Notes: generated by a model from the sequence alone, not told the origin. A stretch of DNA of 64,000 bases from Methanotrichaceae archaeon (GCA_963748825.1 CAVVKN010000006.1:1-64000), one strand, 5' to 3'. Shown: positions 31,049 to 42,544, counted from the stretch's first letter. A program made the numbers and translations.

Positions 31049-32257
31049 TCACCTTCGTGATGGGCTGACCACGCCCAAGCCCGACTCAAAATCCCATAGC
31101 TTTTTCAGGCGGCGAATTTCGCCATCGAGTTCGGTCATGTCTGGACATTTGAGAGTACAAGTGATACCATCTGATTGCGGTTGCTTAGACTCCTCATGTC
31201 GTCGAATAACACAGTTGATTCCTTTCTCATAGTTGACGGCAAACGCTTCGAGTTCCTCTATTGCATTGTGGGACATTCGTGAGGTAAGTTCCAGGAGACG
31301 GCTGAACTCATCCTCCACTAGGATGTGTCTAAACTCTATCGTCCACTCCAAAATTCGTCGGTAGACTTCAGCCAGTCGTTTGGCTACATATGCGATTTCC
31401 TCGACATCACCAGATATGCCTGGTGGGCCAAGTGCTTTCGGAAGAGCCGTATTAACGAGACTGCCTCCCGATTGTACAATCAATTGAATCTCTCCACATT
31501 TTTCCATCACCCATTCAATGACTTCAGTTCGATCACCAAGCCTCACTGCTTTACCAAGCGCAAGACCGTAATTGAGGTCATTCTTAATATCTGACATTCT
31601 GGACATTTCATCGCAAAGCACTTGGCTAAACAATCTATACTCCCATCCGGATGGCTTCTGCACCGCTAAGAGTAATGCAGCACCTGATAAATCCTGCAAC
31701 AATGCCTCGGATAAACCACTGCGCTGCACCTTGGTCCGGATTGTCAATGCGTCCATGAACAGGTAAGCCAGTTGCGCACGGAGTGTCTCGGTGATGTCCT
31801 GTGCGGACTCAAAAGGAAACACCCAATTCTTCTCCTTCGGACTGCGGAGTGACTCCACAAACTCAAAGAGTTTCGATGAGTCGACAATCCCTGTGAAGTC
31901 GCCAGACCAATTCTTCTGCCAAATTGGGAGTGTCGTCAGAATAGGTTTCTGAACAAACACGTAACGAGGAATCCCCTTAACATTTGCCTCCAGGTATTCC
32001 AGGTTCGTCACGGACTTTCCGTTCTCCGTTTCCGAACCATATCTCGCTCCGACAACCAGAACAAAAATGTCAGCCTGTTCTTTGACGCACGCTAGGCAGT
32101 TTCCAATCGCACCAAGATTTGGGTTAACGGGAAATGATGAAGATTCGGACAAGATCGGTAGCATGCCAATTGATTCGATGAACAATTTAAGATCCTTACG
32201 TACCTGTGCAAGATCGAAACATGTAGAACTCACAAAGACCGAAGGGGCAATTGACAT
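31049..32257 (-). CDS. DUF4062-domain protein with a helical C-terminal region
   Basis: VFVSSTCFDL..VR, DIFVLVVGARYGS, SVTNLEYLEA. Confidence 0.85.
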   Translation of the reverse strand: MSIAPSVFVSSTCFDLAQVRKDLKLFIESIGMLPILSESSSFPVNPNLGAIGNCLACVKEQADIFVLVVGARYGSETENGKSVTNLEYLEANVKGIPRYVFVQKPILTTLPIWQKNWSGDFTGIVDSSKLFEFVESLRSPKEKNWVFPFESAQDITETLRAQLAYLFMDALTIRTKVQRSGLSEALLQDLSGAALLLAVQKPSGWEYRLFSQVLCDEMSRMSDIKNDLNYGLALGKAVRLGDRTEVIEWVMEKCGEIQLIVQSGGSLVNTALPKALGPPGISGDVEEIAYVAKRLAEVYRRILEWTIEFRHILVEDEFSRLLELTSRMSHNAIEELEAFAVNYEKGINCVIRRHEESKQPQSDGITCTLKCPDMTELDGEIRRLKKLWDFESGLGVVSPSRR

Positions 32258-32469
32258 TATCCGTTGAATCCGCTCAAAGCAGAAGAATCTTGCGGAAAGT
32301 GACGGTCTTGAGTACGGGGATCTCACCAACAACACGTTATCTCATATTAAGAATCCACATCTATTGGCTATTTAGTGCTTCGGAGAATAAATCAACAGGG
32401 ATCGAGCAACTTATCGAACCCAGCCATCTCATACACCTCCTTCGATGGTTCGGCCTGGCCCGCAGATAA

Positions 32470-32745
32470 ATTGTCGCATGATCCTCATTCGCGGTCCCAC
32501 TTTACCAGGCCTCGTTTCCTGGAGTCAAGCCATCTCGGCAGCCTCTTGATCTGCCTGGGCGGGATATGGCCCTGATCTCTGCCATCGAAGACATATCCTG
32601 CGTCCCGGCCCTGAAGATGGGCATCCAGAGCCTTTAGGATAGGTTTTGGAAGGATTGAGTTGCGCTATTTCCACCCTTGCCGTTCATAATGTGCAAGTAT
32701 ACTCTGGAGCCGCCAAGGTGTTCCACCTTAAATGCATCCACCACC
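32470..32745 (-). pseudogene. Tyrosine recombinase (XerC/D-like) fragment 1
   Basis: Manual translation across frameshifts: KVEHL...YLHIMNGKGG/RNSILPKPILKALDAHLQGRDAGYVFDGRDQGHIPPRQIKRL/AEMA*LQETRPGKV. Confidence 0.7.
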
Positions 32746-32770
32746 TACTGCCCGTGACACTTCAGATGAT

Positions 32771-32842
32771 TTCCCTAAAAAGTCTACAAATTCCCTGTTT
32801 AACATCTTATAATTATAAGGGGAAATGTGTACTTTTTAGGAA
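32771..32842. repeat. ~70-bp imperfect palindrome, copy 1
   Basis: ttccctaaaaagtctacaaattccc...cttataattataag...gggaaatgtgtactttttaggaa. Confidence 0.85.
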
Positions 32843-33363
32843 TTGTTTGTAACTCGGCGGAGAGATATATAAATTATATAATAAATTAAACTTATTTTAA
32901 GACTAACATAATTGATTTGATGCTATACAATCATTTATTCTCACGAAGATATTATTTTTGGAGTGGATTCGTCAGTAGCAAGGTCAGACACTTGAAAAAA
33001 TGCGCCCCGCCATTTCATGACGGCGCATTTTTCCTTCGTGTCCTCCTTCCCCCATTCTTTCCCTGAAGAAAAGATGATATTGGCTCGTAACACCGCCTTT
33101 AATCACGAATTTAGTCCCAGGACATGGAAATGTACCACTGCCCGGAATTTCCCTGTTTTTGGAGGAATTAAGAGGTCTGTGGCGTGTCTAAAGAAGGCAC
33201 AATATCCTTCTCTTCGCAGGCAACTAAACGCGGGGCCGCGGTGGAGTCCCCCCAGTGCATGGCGAGAACACCAGGTAAATTAGGATGCCAAAAAATGAAT
33301 AGAGGAGTTGCAGATTACCCTTAATGAATAGAACTGGGATTTCTATCCCAGTTCTTTCTTCTC

Positions 33364-34845
33364 CTATTCCTTCGGATCGAACTTTATCGCTCTGTCGTAC
33401 ACGATCTCGGAATATGATGGCCCGGTCTTTGTAGCCTTTTCCAGGTACATCCTCCAGAAAATCATAAGAGGCTGATCCAGAGCTATGCCGTAGGCTCCAG
33501 GACCTGTGGGAATCTCAAAGCAGTGAGGATCGCCTTCGCAATTCCTTGCGAACTTATAGACGTAGAGGTATTTCGCGTTGGGATTATCAGGGAGGTACTC
33601 CTTTGCAGTCCCGTTGAAATCCAAGTCGGTGACCATTCCGACTCCATTAAACACGTCTGCCCCGTTCGGGACAATGTTCTGATACGTCGCTTTTCCTGTT
33701 GCTACATGGTTAATCCCGTAGACGATGATGAATTCATTGGTATCGTTTCCTAAGGTGACTGGCGGATTTCGTAAGAAGTCGTAGTAAAGCGAAAGATTGG
33801 GGAAGCGAGGTGTCAGCGACGAAGCAGTTTGGTTTCCCGTCCATAAATAGAGGCAATCGTTATTAGGACCTATGGCATCGATTCCTCTTTGAATAGCATC
33901 GCTGCCGACAGGTACTGCTATGCTAGTCGGAAGCTCCGTGGCATTTAATCCTTTGTATTTGTTGAGAATAGCCTCCCGCAACTCTTCTACGTCATCCATG
34001 AGGTCGAACTCTGTTGTTCCTGTTCCGCGAACTCTCAACTCTGGCATATCATACGGATCTAGTTCTGCAGATTCATTGGGTGTAAGCCGGAAAACAATCG
34101 CAGGAGTGTCATTGATATAATCATTGCCAATCTGCATATCTTTAAAGAGAGCGGGACGAATATACATGCCAAATGTATCGGAATTGTTCTCCAACCCTAG
34201 ATTCAGTATAGCCGAGGGAAGCACTTGGGTGTTGATTATGCCCTCAGAGTATCCCGCTGATTGGGCAGCAGCGCGAATGCGTTGATCGATTGCTTTATCG
34301 GATGTGGTAATCACCAAGGTGGTCTGATTGAAAGGATTTCCGGGCTGCCCATCAGGTGTCCCTTCGGTTTTGATAACCATGTTATTGACAGTGTCGGCTA
34401 CATTGGCAAAAAGCCATCGTGTCTCATTTCCATATGTCCTATCCATCAAATTAAGATCGTAACTAAAGTATCTGCACGCTGGTGGCGTTCGCCCTACGAA
34501 AACAATAGCTTCATCTGGACGAAGACTATAGTATGTAGTAGCATTGCCACTCTTTCCAAGCATTCTCGCTACCGTTGAAGATCTCTTGTCCAGCTTATGC
34601 CCAGGTGCAGGCGGTATAAAATATGCCAAGTATCTTGTGGCGGGATTGTTTCCATATGTAGATGGCAAAAATCCTTTATTATACAGCTTAATTAGATCAA
34701 AGCATCCAAGCTCACCTTGTTGGACGGTAAATCCATCCTGCTCCAAGGTTTGCTTGAACGCCTCTACGTCACCTATGTCCGCGTTCACAGCGAGTCCTGT
34801 TCCAATAGAAATAGCGAACAAGACTAGCAATATATACATTTTCAT
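33364..34845 (-). CDS. Secreted hypothetical protein, 493 aa
   Basis: Signal peptide, long intact ORF with many N-x-S/T sequons. Confidence 0.75.
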   Translation of the reverse strand: MKMYILLVLFAISIGTGLAVNADIGDVEAFKQTLEQDGFTVQQGELGCFDLIKLYNKGFLPSTYGNNPATRYLAYFIPPAPGHKLDKRSSTVARMLGKSGNATTYYSLRPDEAIVFVGRTPPACRYFSYDLNLMDRTYGNETRWLFANVADTVNNMVIKTEGTPDGQPGNPFNQTTLVITTSDKAIDQRIRAAAQSAGYSEGIINTQVLPSAILNLGLENNSDTFGMYIRPALFKDMQIGNDYINDTPAIVFRLTPNESAELDPYDMPELRVRGTGTTEFDLMDDVEELREAILNKYKGLNATELPTSIAVPVGSDAIQRGIDAIGPNNDCLYLWTGNQTASSLTPRFPNLSLYYDFLRNPPVTLGNDTNEFIIVYGINHVATGKATYQNIVPNGADVFNGVGMVTDLDFNGTAKEYLPDNPNAKYLYVYKFARNCEGDPHCFEIPTGPGAYGIALDQPLMIFWRMYLEKATKTGPSYSEIVYDRAIKFDPKE

Positions 34846-35151
34846 ATTAAATTCTCCTTACTAACATTATCAATATTATCTTATTAAAACATTGAGGTCT
34901 TATCTGAACCCACATTGCGAGATCACAAGTCTAATGTTTGCTCAGCCTCTCAGCTTTGTGTCGCGCCATCCAACATGGCGAGAACTACGGATCGGCATAC
35001 TAAGGCAATGTTGCGTCGGTTAAGCTATACCTCTAAAGATGAGGGCAGCCAAGGCACAATTCTACCTTACAATGGGCATACTATCGAACCGGTATGGAAA
35101 GCCTCATGAATTAAAACAGTAGTAATAGTCATCATAAAAAAGGCGATAATC

Positions 35152-35514
35152 ATGAAGTTAATCAAAGTAGACCAAGTAGCTAAAGAGCCATGGGCAGATA
35201 AATTATTTACCGGTCCAGTCACCTTGCAGGCGATTATTGGAAATGACCTGAGTGAAAGCTTCCTGATACAACAAGTAAACTTTAGCAAGGGTGTAAGGAA
35301 CAAATTTCACAGCCACTCTACCGAACAAATACTCATTGTCACGGAAGGCGAAGGTATCGTCGCCACGGATAAAGAAGAAGTAACCGTCAGACCTGGGGAT
35401 GTCATATTCATTCCGGCGGGGGAGAAACACTGGCATGGTGCAGCTAAAGATTGCACCTTCTCGCATATTTATGTCATGTCACCAGATCTGAAAATAACTC
35501 AAATTGAGGATTAA
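35152..35514 (+). CDS. Cupin-domain protein
   Basis: HSHSTEQILIVTEGEG and PGDVIFIPAGEKHWHGA. Confidence 0.9.
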   Translation: MKLIKVDQVAKEPWADKLFTGPVTLQAIIGNDLSESFLIQQVNFSKGVRNKFHSHSTEQILIVTEGEGIVATDKEEVTVRPGDVIFIPAGEKHWHGAAKDCTFSHIYVMSPDLKITQIED

Positions 35515-35534
35515 GATATTCGCCAACAAGTTCT

Positions 35535-35744
35535 ACCTGGAATCCTTGTCTGCTGCAACCATTCAGTAACCTCTGGATCTGCCTGGTGGGCCATCCAGGC
35601 GTTCACTTTCAGCGGCAACCTCTGAGACACGCAGCCCAGCTCCTCCGAGGAGCCATAGAAGTGCGGCCTCCCTGGGGGATTGAACAGCCTTTAACATGCT
35701 ATGCCATTCTTCCAGGCAGAGGAATTATTCTCGGCACTGGGCAT
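35535..35744 (-). pseudogene. Tyrosine recombinase fragment 2
   Basis: Manual translation: FLCLEEWHSMLKAVQSPREAALLWLLGGAGLRVSEVAA (box I), internal deletion, then PTRQIQRLL. Confidence 0.72.
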
Positions 35745-35853
35745 GTCGCGACTTTAGATTATGATTTAGATCGCCCTTCTGCCTCTGTTATGTAGGCGAT
35801 TTTATACCACGACTATTGATCATTCTTAGACCGCCACTGACACTTCATTGGAT

Positions 35854-35925
35854 TTCCTCAAAAAGTCTACAAATCCCCTGTATATATCTTATAATTATAA
35901 GGGGGAATGTGTACTTTTTTAGGAT
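35854..35925. repeat. ~70-bp imperfect palindrome, copy 2
   Basis: ttcctcaaaaagtctacaaatcccc...cttataattataag...ggggaatgtgtacttttttagga. Confidence 0.85.
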
Positions 35926-36022
35926 TTCTCGGTATGTGAATCCCGGCATCCGATCACCATGATGATCCGGCACTATGCCTGAGGAGGTGCACTGAATTCA
36001 CAGACAAGAGGCATATATGCAG

Positions 36023-36334
36023 TCAAGTCGGACGATTTTCTTGAACAAAATCTTTGACAATTGTATATTTTCCAGAGAATCCTCTCGCTTGGATTTCGCT
36101 ATAGATTCGAGTGGCTGTCAACGAACCACTTTTAAGACGCTGGATGATGTATTCCTTGTGGGCATCCAGCTTGCTTGGCTTCGCGGAACGCTTTTTTGAT
36201 ACGGGCGGATCTTTAGCTTCTACATACTTGCTTACGGTCTTACGACAGTAGCCTAATTGCCGGGCGATTTCACTTTTGCTCAATCCTTGCTTATGCAACT
36301 CCTTCAAAGTATGGAAATCGTCTAAGTTCAGCAT
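36023..36334 (-). pseudogene. istA: IS21-family IstA N-terminal fragment
   Basis: GLSKSEIARQLGYCRKTVSKY...SKLDAHKEYI...GFSGKYTIVKDFV; truncated before the DDE domain. Confidence 0.8.
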
Positions 36335-36489
36335 TGGTTCGACCTTCTATATTCAATATTAATTATGATCTCATGATGTCCGATTATAGCAGGATAAAAG
36401 TACTCAAGCTATATAGATATAACGTTGAAAAATAGAGCCTAAAATATTTCAGGACTATGCATCCAGTAAGCGTAGTGCCAGATATGTAA

Positions 36490-38027
36490 CCTTAACTCCG
36501 CGATTTAGGGCTTAAATTTGATATTATTTTAAATTTTTAACCTCTTGTAAATTATTTCAATGGAAATCTATAAATATATGTATTCCCTAATATACCATAC
36601 ATGGACGAATGGGCAAAATTATGGCTGATTGAACAAAGAAAAATGGGAAAGAAAGGACTAGAAATTAAATATATAAGTAACCATCATTATGTCTATCATT
36701 CAACGACACACTGGGATAAGCAACTCAAAAAACGAATAAAAGATTCCGATTATATCGGCAAGCTGGATCGCACTAAAGGGCTTATTGAGGGAGTTAAGCG
36801 ATCGGTAACCGCGAAAAATCTTCGAGGCATAAAAGAGTATGGTAACGCAATGCTATTTGACCGTATTCTTACCGATATGAGGTCATGCCTTGAGGATGCT
36901 TTCAAAGATGAGTGGGAAGAAATCTATGCTCTAGCGATAACGCGAGCATCTGGCTATATGCCATTGAAACGAGTTCATTCTGCCTGGGATAAAATATATA
37001 ATGTTCAAAAGATAAATCCAAATTTGGATGCAAAGAACTTAAGCCATGTGTTGAAAGCTGTTGGAATAGACAGTCAAGCACAGGATTCCGTTTTTAGAGC
37101 CCTATCTGAAAAGGACAAAGATCTCGTGTATGATTTGAGCACTGTGTTGACCAAGTCATCAATAAATTTTGCAGAGTTTGGCTATAACAAGAACAAGATC
37201 CACATTCCTCAAATAAATATCGCGCTGTTTTGCTCTCTGGAGACAGGCTTGCCCACTTTGATTAGAACGATACCAGGAAGCGTTCGCGACATAAAGAGTC
37301 TCTATAACAGCATCGTTGAAGCCAATAAAGAAGGATCGACGATCATATTGGATAGAGGTTTCTTTTCGAAGGATGCCATTAAATTCCTGCTAGAAAAGAA
37401 AATGAGCTTCATTTTGCCTGCCAGAAGAAACAGTCTACTTTATGGGACAGATATAAGTCTGAATAATCACCTATTTTATCAGGATAGATTGATAAAATGC
37501 GGAAAAGGAAAAATTGAGGACATTTTTCTTTATTTATACGAAGACCAACAATTAATGCTTGAAGAAAACATCACGCTCTATCAAAAACTAGACGAGGGAA
37601 AAATCGACGCCAATAAACTTAGTGAGGCGCAGAAGCGTGCTGGAAAGATCCTGATAGTGTCTAATCTCGATTTAGACGAGAATACTATATTTATGCAATA
37701 TAAAAGTAGAGACCGAATCGAGAAGCTTTTCGATACCTACAAAAATGCTCTTCAAGCAGACATTCTCTATTTGCAGGATAATGAAAGTGTCTTCGGGCAT
37801 ATTTTTATCTCGTTTTTATCATTATATGCATACACAAAGATTGAGGTGGCTCTGAAAAAAGCTGACCTTTTAAGAAAGCAATCTCCAAAAGACATCCTGC
37901 TTGATCTGAGCAAGGTGTACTTAGTAGAATTAAATGACTGCAATATAATTTCAGAGATACCTAGAAAATTAGAGACGCTTGACGCAAAATTAGGATTTAA
38001 TTTATTCCCTAAAAACCGGAGTTAAGG
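36490..38027 (+). mobile_element. IS1634-family IS (transposase 36601-38025)
   Basis: TIR ccttaactccg/cggagttaagg, 6-bp TSD ATGTAA, motifs YDLS, FGYN, LDRGF. Confidence 0.9.
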
Positions 38028-38884
38028 ATGTAAAACTCTCTTAAAACAGTTGGTTGTGGTTTTTAGATCAGGTGATCATCGGAGCGTTCTACGCAAAAAG
38101 TCCACCTAAAGGTGGAGACTTTTTACTCCGAACGTCCTCGATCTCTCCCTCTCTGTCTGTCCAAAGATGATATTACTTGAAGTCCCTTCTTCAGTTGCCC
38201 CACAAGCCCAATTTCAGACCCGAAATTAAGCCTGCCCCCAAACCCAATTAAGACCTCTGAGGAGTGCCTAAAAGGGGTGTTTAAAGCCGGATCTCCATCC
38301 TGACGGGTAAATATCTGTAGCCAACAAAATACCCCGGATTTTTGCAGTACATGCATTCTACCTATGCGCATAACAATTGTTATTAAAGGTTATTTAAAGC
38401 TCCTCCGCCATCAGAACAAAAGAAATCCAGCCAATCAAATACTTTATCGACTCGGTACCAGCCATTAATTTTTGGACTTCAAGACCAACTTCAGGTAACT
38501 TATCGTTCACTCAATAAGGGGGAAAGGACAAGAGCAGGAGGAGATCGCCGCTCACCTTAGTGTGCGACGCATCGGGGGATGCTCTGTCCCATGACCCAAA
38601 ATTTTGCCCATTGCCTTGATAATATTGTACCTCTTCCAGATCTCACGCCCCTGTACATAATCCAAATTAAAGCCTAGTGAAATATTATTTAAATTATAAT
38701 AAATACTCTAATTAAAGTGTGGTGACTGCTCACATGTACTTATGTGTATATATGTTTGCAGTGGATCTACAGAAGGTGCTACATCATTTTCTTTCGTAGG
38801 AAACTAAACGCGGGGCAGCGGCGGAGTTTTTGCATCCGCTTGCCGGTGTGCAAAACGTAGCCGCGTCACAACTTTTTAAATTGT

Positions 38885-39016
38885 CAGCAAAGTATCCAAA
38901 GTATCCTTCGTCGCCAAAGTCCCCATTGTCACTTCGCCCGATATAATATATTGAGAAGGAATTTATTCGACATTGGGGACATTGGATACGTTGGCTACGT
39001 TGGATACGTTGGTGAC
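38885..39016. repeat. Ori-like inverted arrays of 9-bp repeats around an AT-rich core
   Basis: aaagtatcc x2 and related units, atataatatatt core, then ttggatacg/ttggctacg/ttggatacg. Confidence 0.65.
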
Positions 39017-40317
39017 ACCTCCTGGGCAAGGAGGAATACGTATAATGTGTCTCTCCCTTTGCCTTCTCTGTTAAGGATCTTGGTTTCGACAGTACCGCTT
39101 TCCACCATTGTGCTTAGGAATTCGCTGAAATCGCCGCTCTTTATTTTTATATTGCGCATAATTTCCCGTTTAGTAGCCTTGCCATTATGATTCTTCAGGT
39201 ACATTATTATCCTGTCAATAACATTCTTTTCTGCATTGGAACCAACCAAATCATAGATCGCCCTTGCCGTGAACATAAGGTAATCATCAACTATCCTGCA
39301 TGCCTCTTGAACGAACTCCAGCCTAATCGGACTGGACACATCAAAGTCAGGAGATCCCAGCTCGAATAGCATTCCAAGCTTTGTCACAGTTGGCGCAAGC
39401 CTGCTATAGATCTGCATACAGAAGCCGTCATTGCTGGCAGTCCACTGCTCTTCCCTTGCACGTTGCCAATCAGTGTAGTATTCTGCGGCTTCTGTGCTGA
39501 AATGCATGGCAGTACACTCTTTGAGATCTTGCATTTTACGGGTAATACCGGAGAGCTGACCATACACCCCTTCCTCAAGAATACTAATTTGTGCCGTGCC
39601 TTCTTCAAGAGGTAACCATTTCGGCTTTTTACCTTGTGGGAAGAAGAACAGGAATCTTGCAAGGAATCCCGATAAAGTATCATTCTGTTCTGTATTTGCT
39701 CCGAGACTCGCATCAGTTGTCGCAAAAAACAAATTCAGATACGGATCATCAACCCTAAATTCTGTCTTTGCATTCTTCCTCTGACTGGTTCTCAATTTCC
39801 TGAAAAATGGCTTGGAGTCATAAAGCTGCATCAGGCTATCCTTAAAGCCGCGCATATAGTCCTTTTTCATGAGGCTTAAAACACCAGATGCTTCATCCCT
39901 TATCCAGGGTGCATGGTTGTAGTCACTCATATGCTCCGTAAATGCCTCTGGACTGAATTCAGTTGGAACAAGAGCAGGCAAGAGATGTGGCAATACCTGA
40001 CACAACATAGATTCCGCCTTATCAACTGCGGTGCTCTTCCGGGACAGGCTTGATTTACCACACAAAAATATATAAAAATTAGGATAAATCGTGCCTTGTC
40101 TCAGGACCACCTTGATTTTCTTATCAGCCGCCACCGCAAGAGCAAAAAGCCCTCCTGCGAACCAGTAATCAGGGAATGCATCACTGAGATCCGAACCACA
40201 TGCCATAAACCGTTGAATAAAATGGTCCGAAGGCAGTTTACATTCAAATTTCGGTCCCTCTGACAGCGAATAGGCTTCAAGTTCTTCCTCCGAGATCTCA
40301 TCAGATTGCACCTCCAT
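38995..40317 (-). CDS. DUF3987/YfjI-like P-loop protein with C-terminal wHTH (putative Rep/helicase); premature stop within the repeat tail
   Basis: GKSSLSRKST, FSPEAF, WIRDEASG, LMQLYD, SGFLARFLF. Confidence 0.75.
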   Translation of the reverse strand: MEVQSDEISEEELEAYSLSEGPKFECKLPSDHFIQRFMACGSDLSDAFPDYWFAGGLFALAVAADKKIKVVLRQGTIYPNFYIFLCGKSSLSRKSTAVDKAESMLCQVLPHLLPALVPTEFSPEAFTEHMSDYNHAPWIRDEASGVLSLMKKDYMRGFKDSLMQLYDSKPFFRKLRTSQRKNAKTEFRVDDPYLNLFFATTDASLGANTEQNDTLSGFLARFLFFFPQGKKPKWLPLEEGTAQISILEEGVYGQLSGITRKMQDLKECTAMHFSTEAAEYYTDWQRAREEQWTASNDGFCMQIYSRLAPTVTKLGMLFELGSPDFDVSSPIRLEFVQEACRIVDDYLMFTARAIYDLVGSNAEKNVIDRIIMYLKNHNGKATKREIMRNIKIKSGDFSEFLSTMVESGTVETKILNREGKGRDTLYVFLLAQEVSPTYPT

Positions 40318-40459
40318 CTCAAACCGCCCCTGTTGTCAAGAAATGTTCACAATTAAACACAATATTATACATATTAATAGTTCCAACTAAATACCTATTT
40401 TTATTTATTTTTACGTTTTTTATATTTTGACTAAAATTCATTTTTAATACCTCATAAAT

Positions 40460-40765
40460 CTAGTTCGTTAGATCCGAACTAGTATTTTTATTCTTTTTTG
40501 ATAAATATTTCATTGCTAATGATTGGCAACCTTGATGCATCAACCCATTTTCAGTTTCAACAACAGGATCACACTTACAAAATCCATCCCCGCAACATGC
40601 ACAAATCTTGGTTCGAGAGCATGGATCGCATTTATCGCAAAAGATACTCTCTTGTTTATGCATGCAACTACTGCAAGGGTTACAATCGGCACAATTTAAA
40701 AACATATAGTATATATTTTTAGTAGAACTCAATTTTGAGTTTTCTGTGTATTGATTATTATTCAT
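40460..40765 (-). CDS. Cys-rich hypothetical protein
   Basis: About 14 Cys in CxxC-type clusters; co-oriented upstream of the DUF3987-like gene. Confidence 0.35.
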   Translation of the reverse strand: MNNNQYTENSKLSSTKNIYYMFLNCADCNPCSSCMHKQESIFCDKCDPCSRTKICACCGDGFCKCDPVVETENGLMHQGCQSLAMKYLSKKNKNTSSDLTN

Positions 40766-40850
40766 TTAATACCTCATTTAAAACTTTTCTTGCTTGACTA
40801 AAGTACTATTATATACAAATATAATACGATGCTAATATATAATATCCTCA

Positions 40851-41052
40851 TCATCGCTGATCATCTCCGAGAATTGGCTTTATTCCTATCGGTGAGATTA
40901 CCAGAATGTTGCTCTGCTCATCAAATTTCATCTCTACAGTCTCAACAGATGCCCAGGCATCCAAAACGGGTTTTGGCACAGACAGTGAGCCATATGTCCC
41001 ATTCTGTGTCCCTTTCCTTACCAACAACTTTCTTGAAAACCTCATATTCATT
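40851..41052 (-). CDS. AbrB/SpoVT-like small DNA-binding protein
   Basis: RKLLVRKG...GSLSVPKPVLDAW..VETVEMKFD...LVISPI. Confidence 0.55.
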
Positions 41053-41736
41053 CCTTCTTTTTGAGAGAACACTCCCTCATAGTAGTGCTTGACGTAAAAT
41101 TGAGTTAATATTTCAGGAATAAAAAAAGGCAAATGTTCAATTATCCCCTCATCTTGATGGTGTTATAGTTGGACTGCCAAGAGCCAAGCATCAGCGGGAG
41201 TTTGATTATTGGTCATATGGGTTATTATCGCCATTATTTGGTATATTATATATTTTACTTCAGTGAGGTTAAAGATAAAAATAAGCCATATAGCCGATAT
41301 CATCATGGTCTGGCGATCTACTATCAGAGGCGAATACAACGATCTAACGATGACAACGATCTTTTTGCAGATTTCCTATCGCCGCATTTTCGCCCAACTT
41401 TCCACTTGGACCAATGATGATCAACTTCGAGAAGTTGCCTACTAAAAGTGCGCCATATAATTAAACCATAGTTTTTTGTTGTATAATGCTTATAGCTATT
41501 TATTTTGCTAAGTTTGATAGTAGTTGGACCTAACTGACCTCGCCTTTATCCAGTCTTTTTGAAGGCATTCCGTTAAATTGTGATTTATAATCAATATTAT
41601 ATATAAAAATCTCTTAAATTAAAAGAGTTTAAATTCAAAAAAGTCCTATTTAGAATAAAAATCTCAAAGGAGGATTTAAACAGATGAAAAGGATATTAGC
41701 TTTTGTGCTTATTGCCACTATAGGGGGTTTACAGAA

Positions 41737-41907
41737 ATGGCAGGCTTGATCGGTTTGGCTATAGCATTCTTCGTCCTCGCTCTCATAGCAGGAGCATTGG
41801 GGATGAGCGGAGTCGCGGGCATATCAATGAATATTGCCAAATGGCTGGTTATAATATTCATAATATTGGCGTTAGTAACGCTGGCGTTGATATCGTTTAT
41901 ACTGTAG
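41737..41907 (+). CDS. DUF1328 (UPF0391) small membrane protein, 56 aa
   Basis: [47 protein letters not shown]; translated by hand. Confidence 0.85.
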   Translation: MAGLIGLAIAFFVLALIAGALGMSGVAGISMNIAKWLVIIFIILALVTLALISFIL

Positions 41908-42148
41908 CAACCAGCAAAATTTTTTCGAGGAATAGAAAAATGTTTTGTTTCTGCTCAAATGTAATGGAGAAAATTGGCTAAATTCGCATCGCAAGCGCAA
42001 ATTCACATTGGAGGAATGCCGGAACCATCTCTTAGAATAAATTTATATATTGAGGATAACATTATACATGAATGCTCGGCACTTCTTCCATAGATGAAGG
42101 CTATTATGAGGCGATTGACTGTGTTGTAGGAAGCGAAGAGCTTACCTA

Positions 42149-42544
42149 ATGGTGGTGACGGAATCAATGATAAAATATGCTATAATGCTTGGAGTCTTTT
42201 TAGCTGTGCTCATATGTAATTGTGAAGCATCGGACGAAGCCGTGTTCTCGGACAACTTTGCAATGCCACCTATTAATCCCGCAGGGATCGTGCCTTGTGC
42301 AAATGCAGTAGCACCGATTCCATATGGGGTCGCAACTTTATATTGGGCGGAATTGATATCCCCTGGTGGTAAGAATTTATGGTTATATGTCAATGGTTGT
42401 TGGCGATCTTTATCTCAGCCAACTGATGCGATCCTAGCTTCTGTACAGGATGCGTTTAGTGATCCAGAACATTTTCAAGTGATTGCCTGGTATGAAAATA
42501 CCAAAATTATTGGCCTAGTAGTGAGATCTCCCATGACATGTTGA
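42149..42544 (+). CDS. Secreted hypothetical protein
   Basis: Signal-peptide-like N-terminus. Confidence 0.5.
   Translation: MVVTESMIKYAIMLGVFLAVLICNCEASDEAVFSDNFAMPPINPAGIVPCANAVAPIPYGVATLYWAELISPGGKNLWLYVNGCWRSLSQPTDAILASVQDAFSDPEHFQVIAWYENTKIIGLVVRSPMTC

Noticed and set aside
35935-38095. Possible IS21 terminal repeats around the istA fragment
   Set aside because: Only weak similarity between the ends and no TSD, so boundaries are not called
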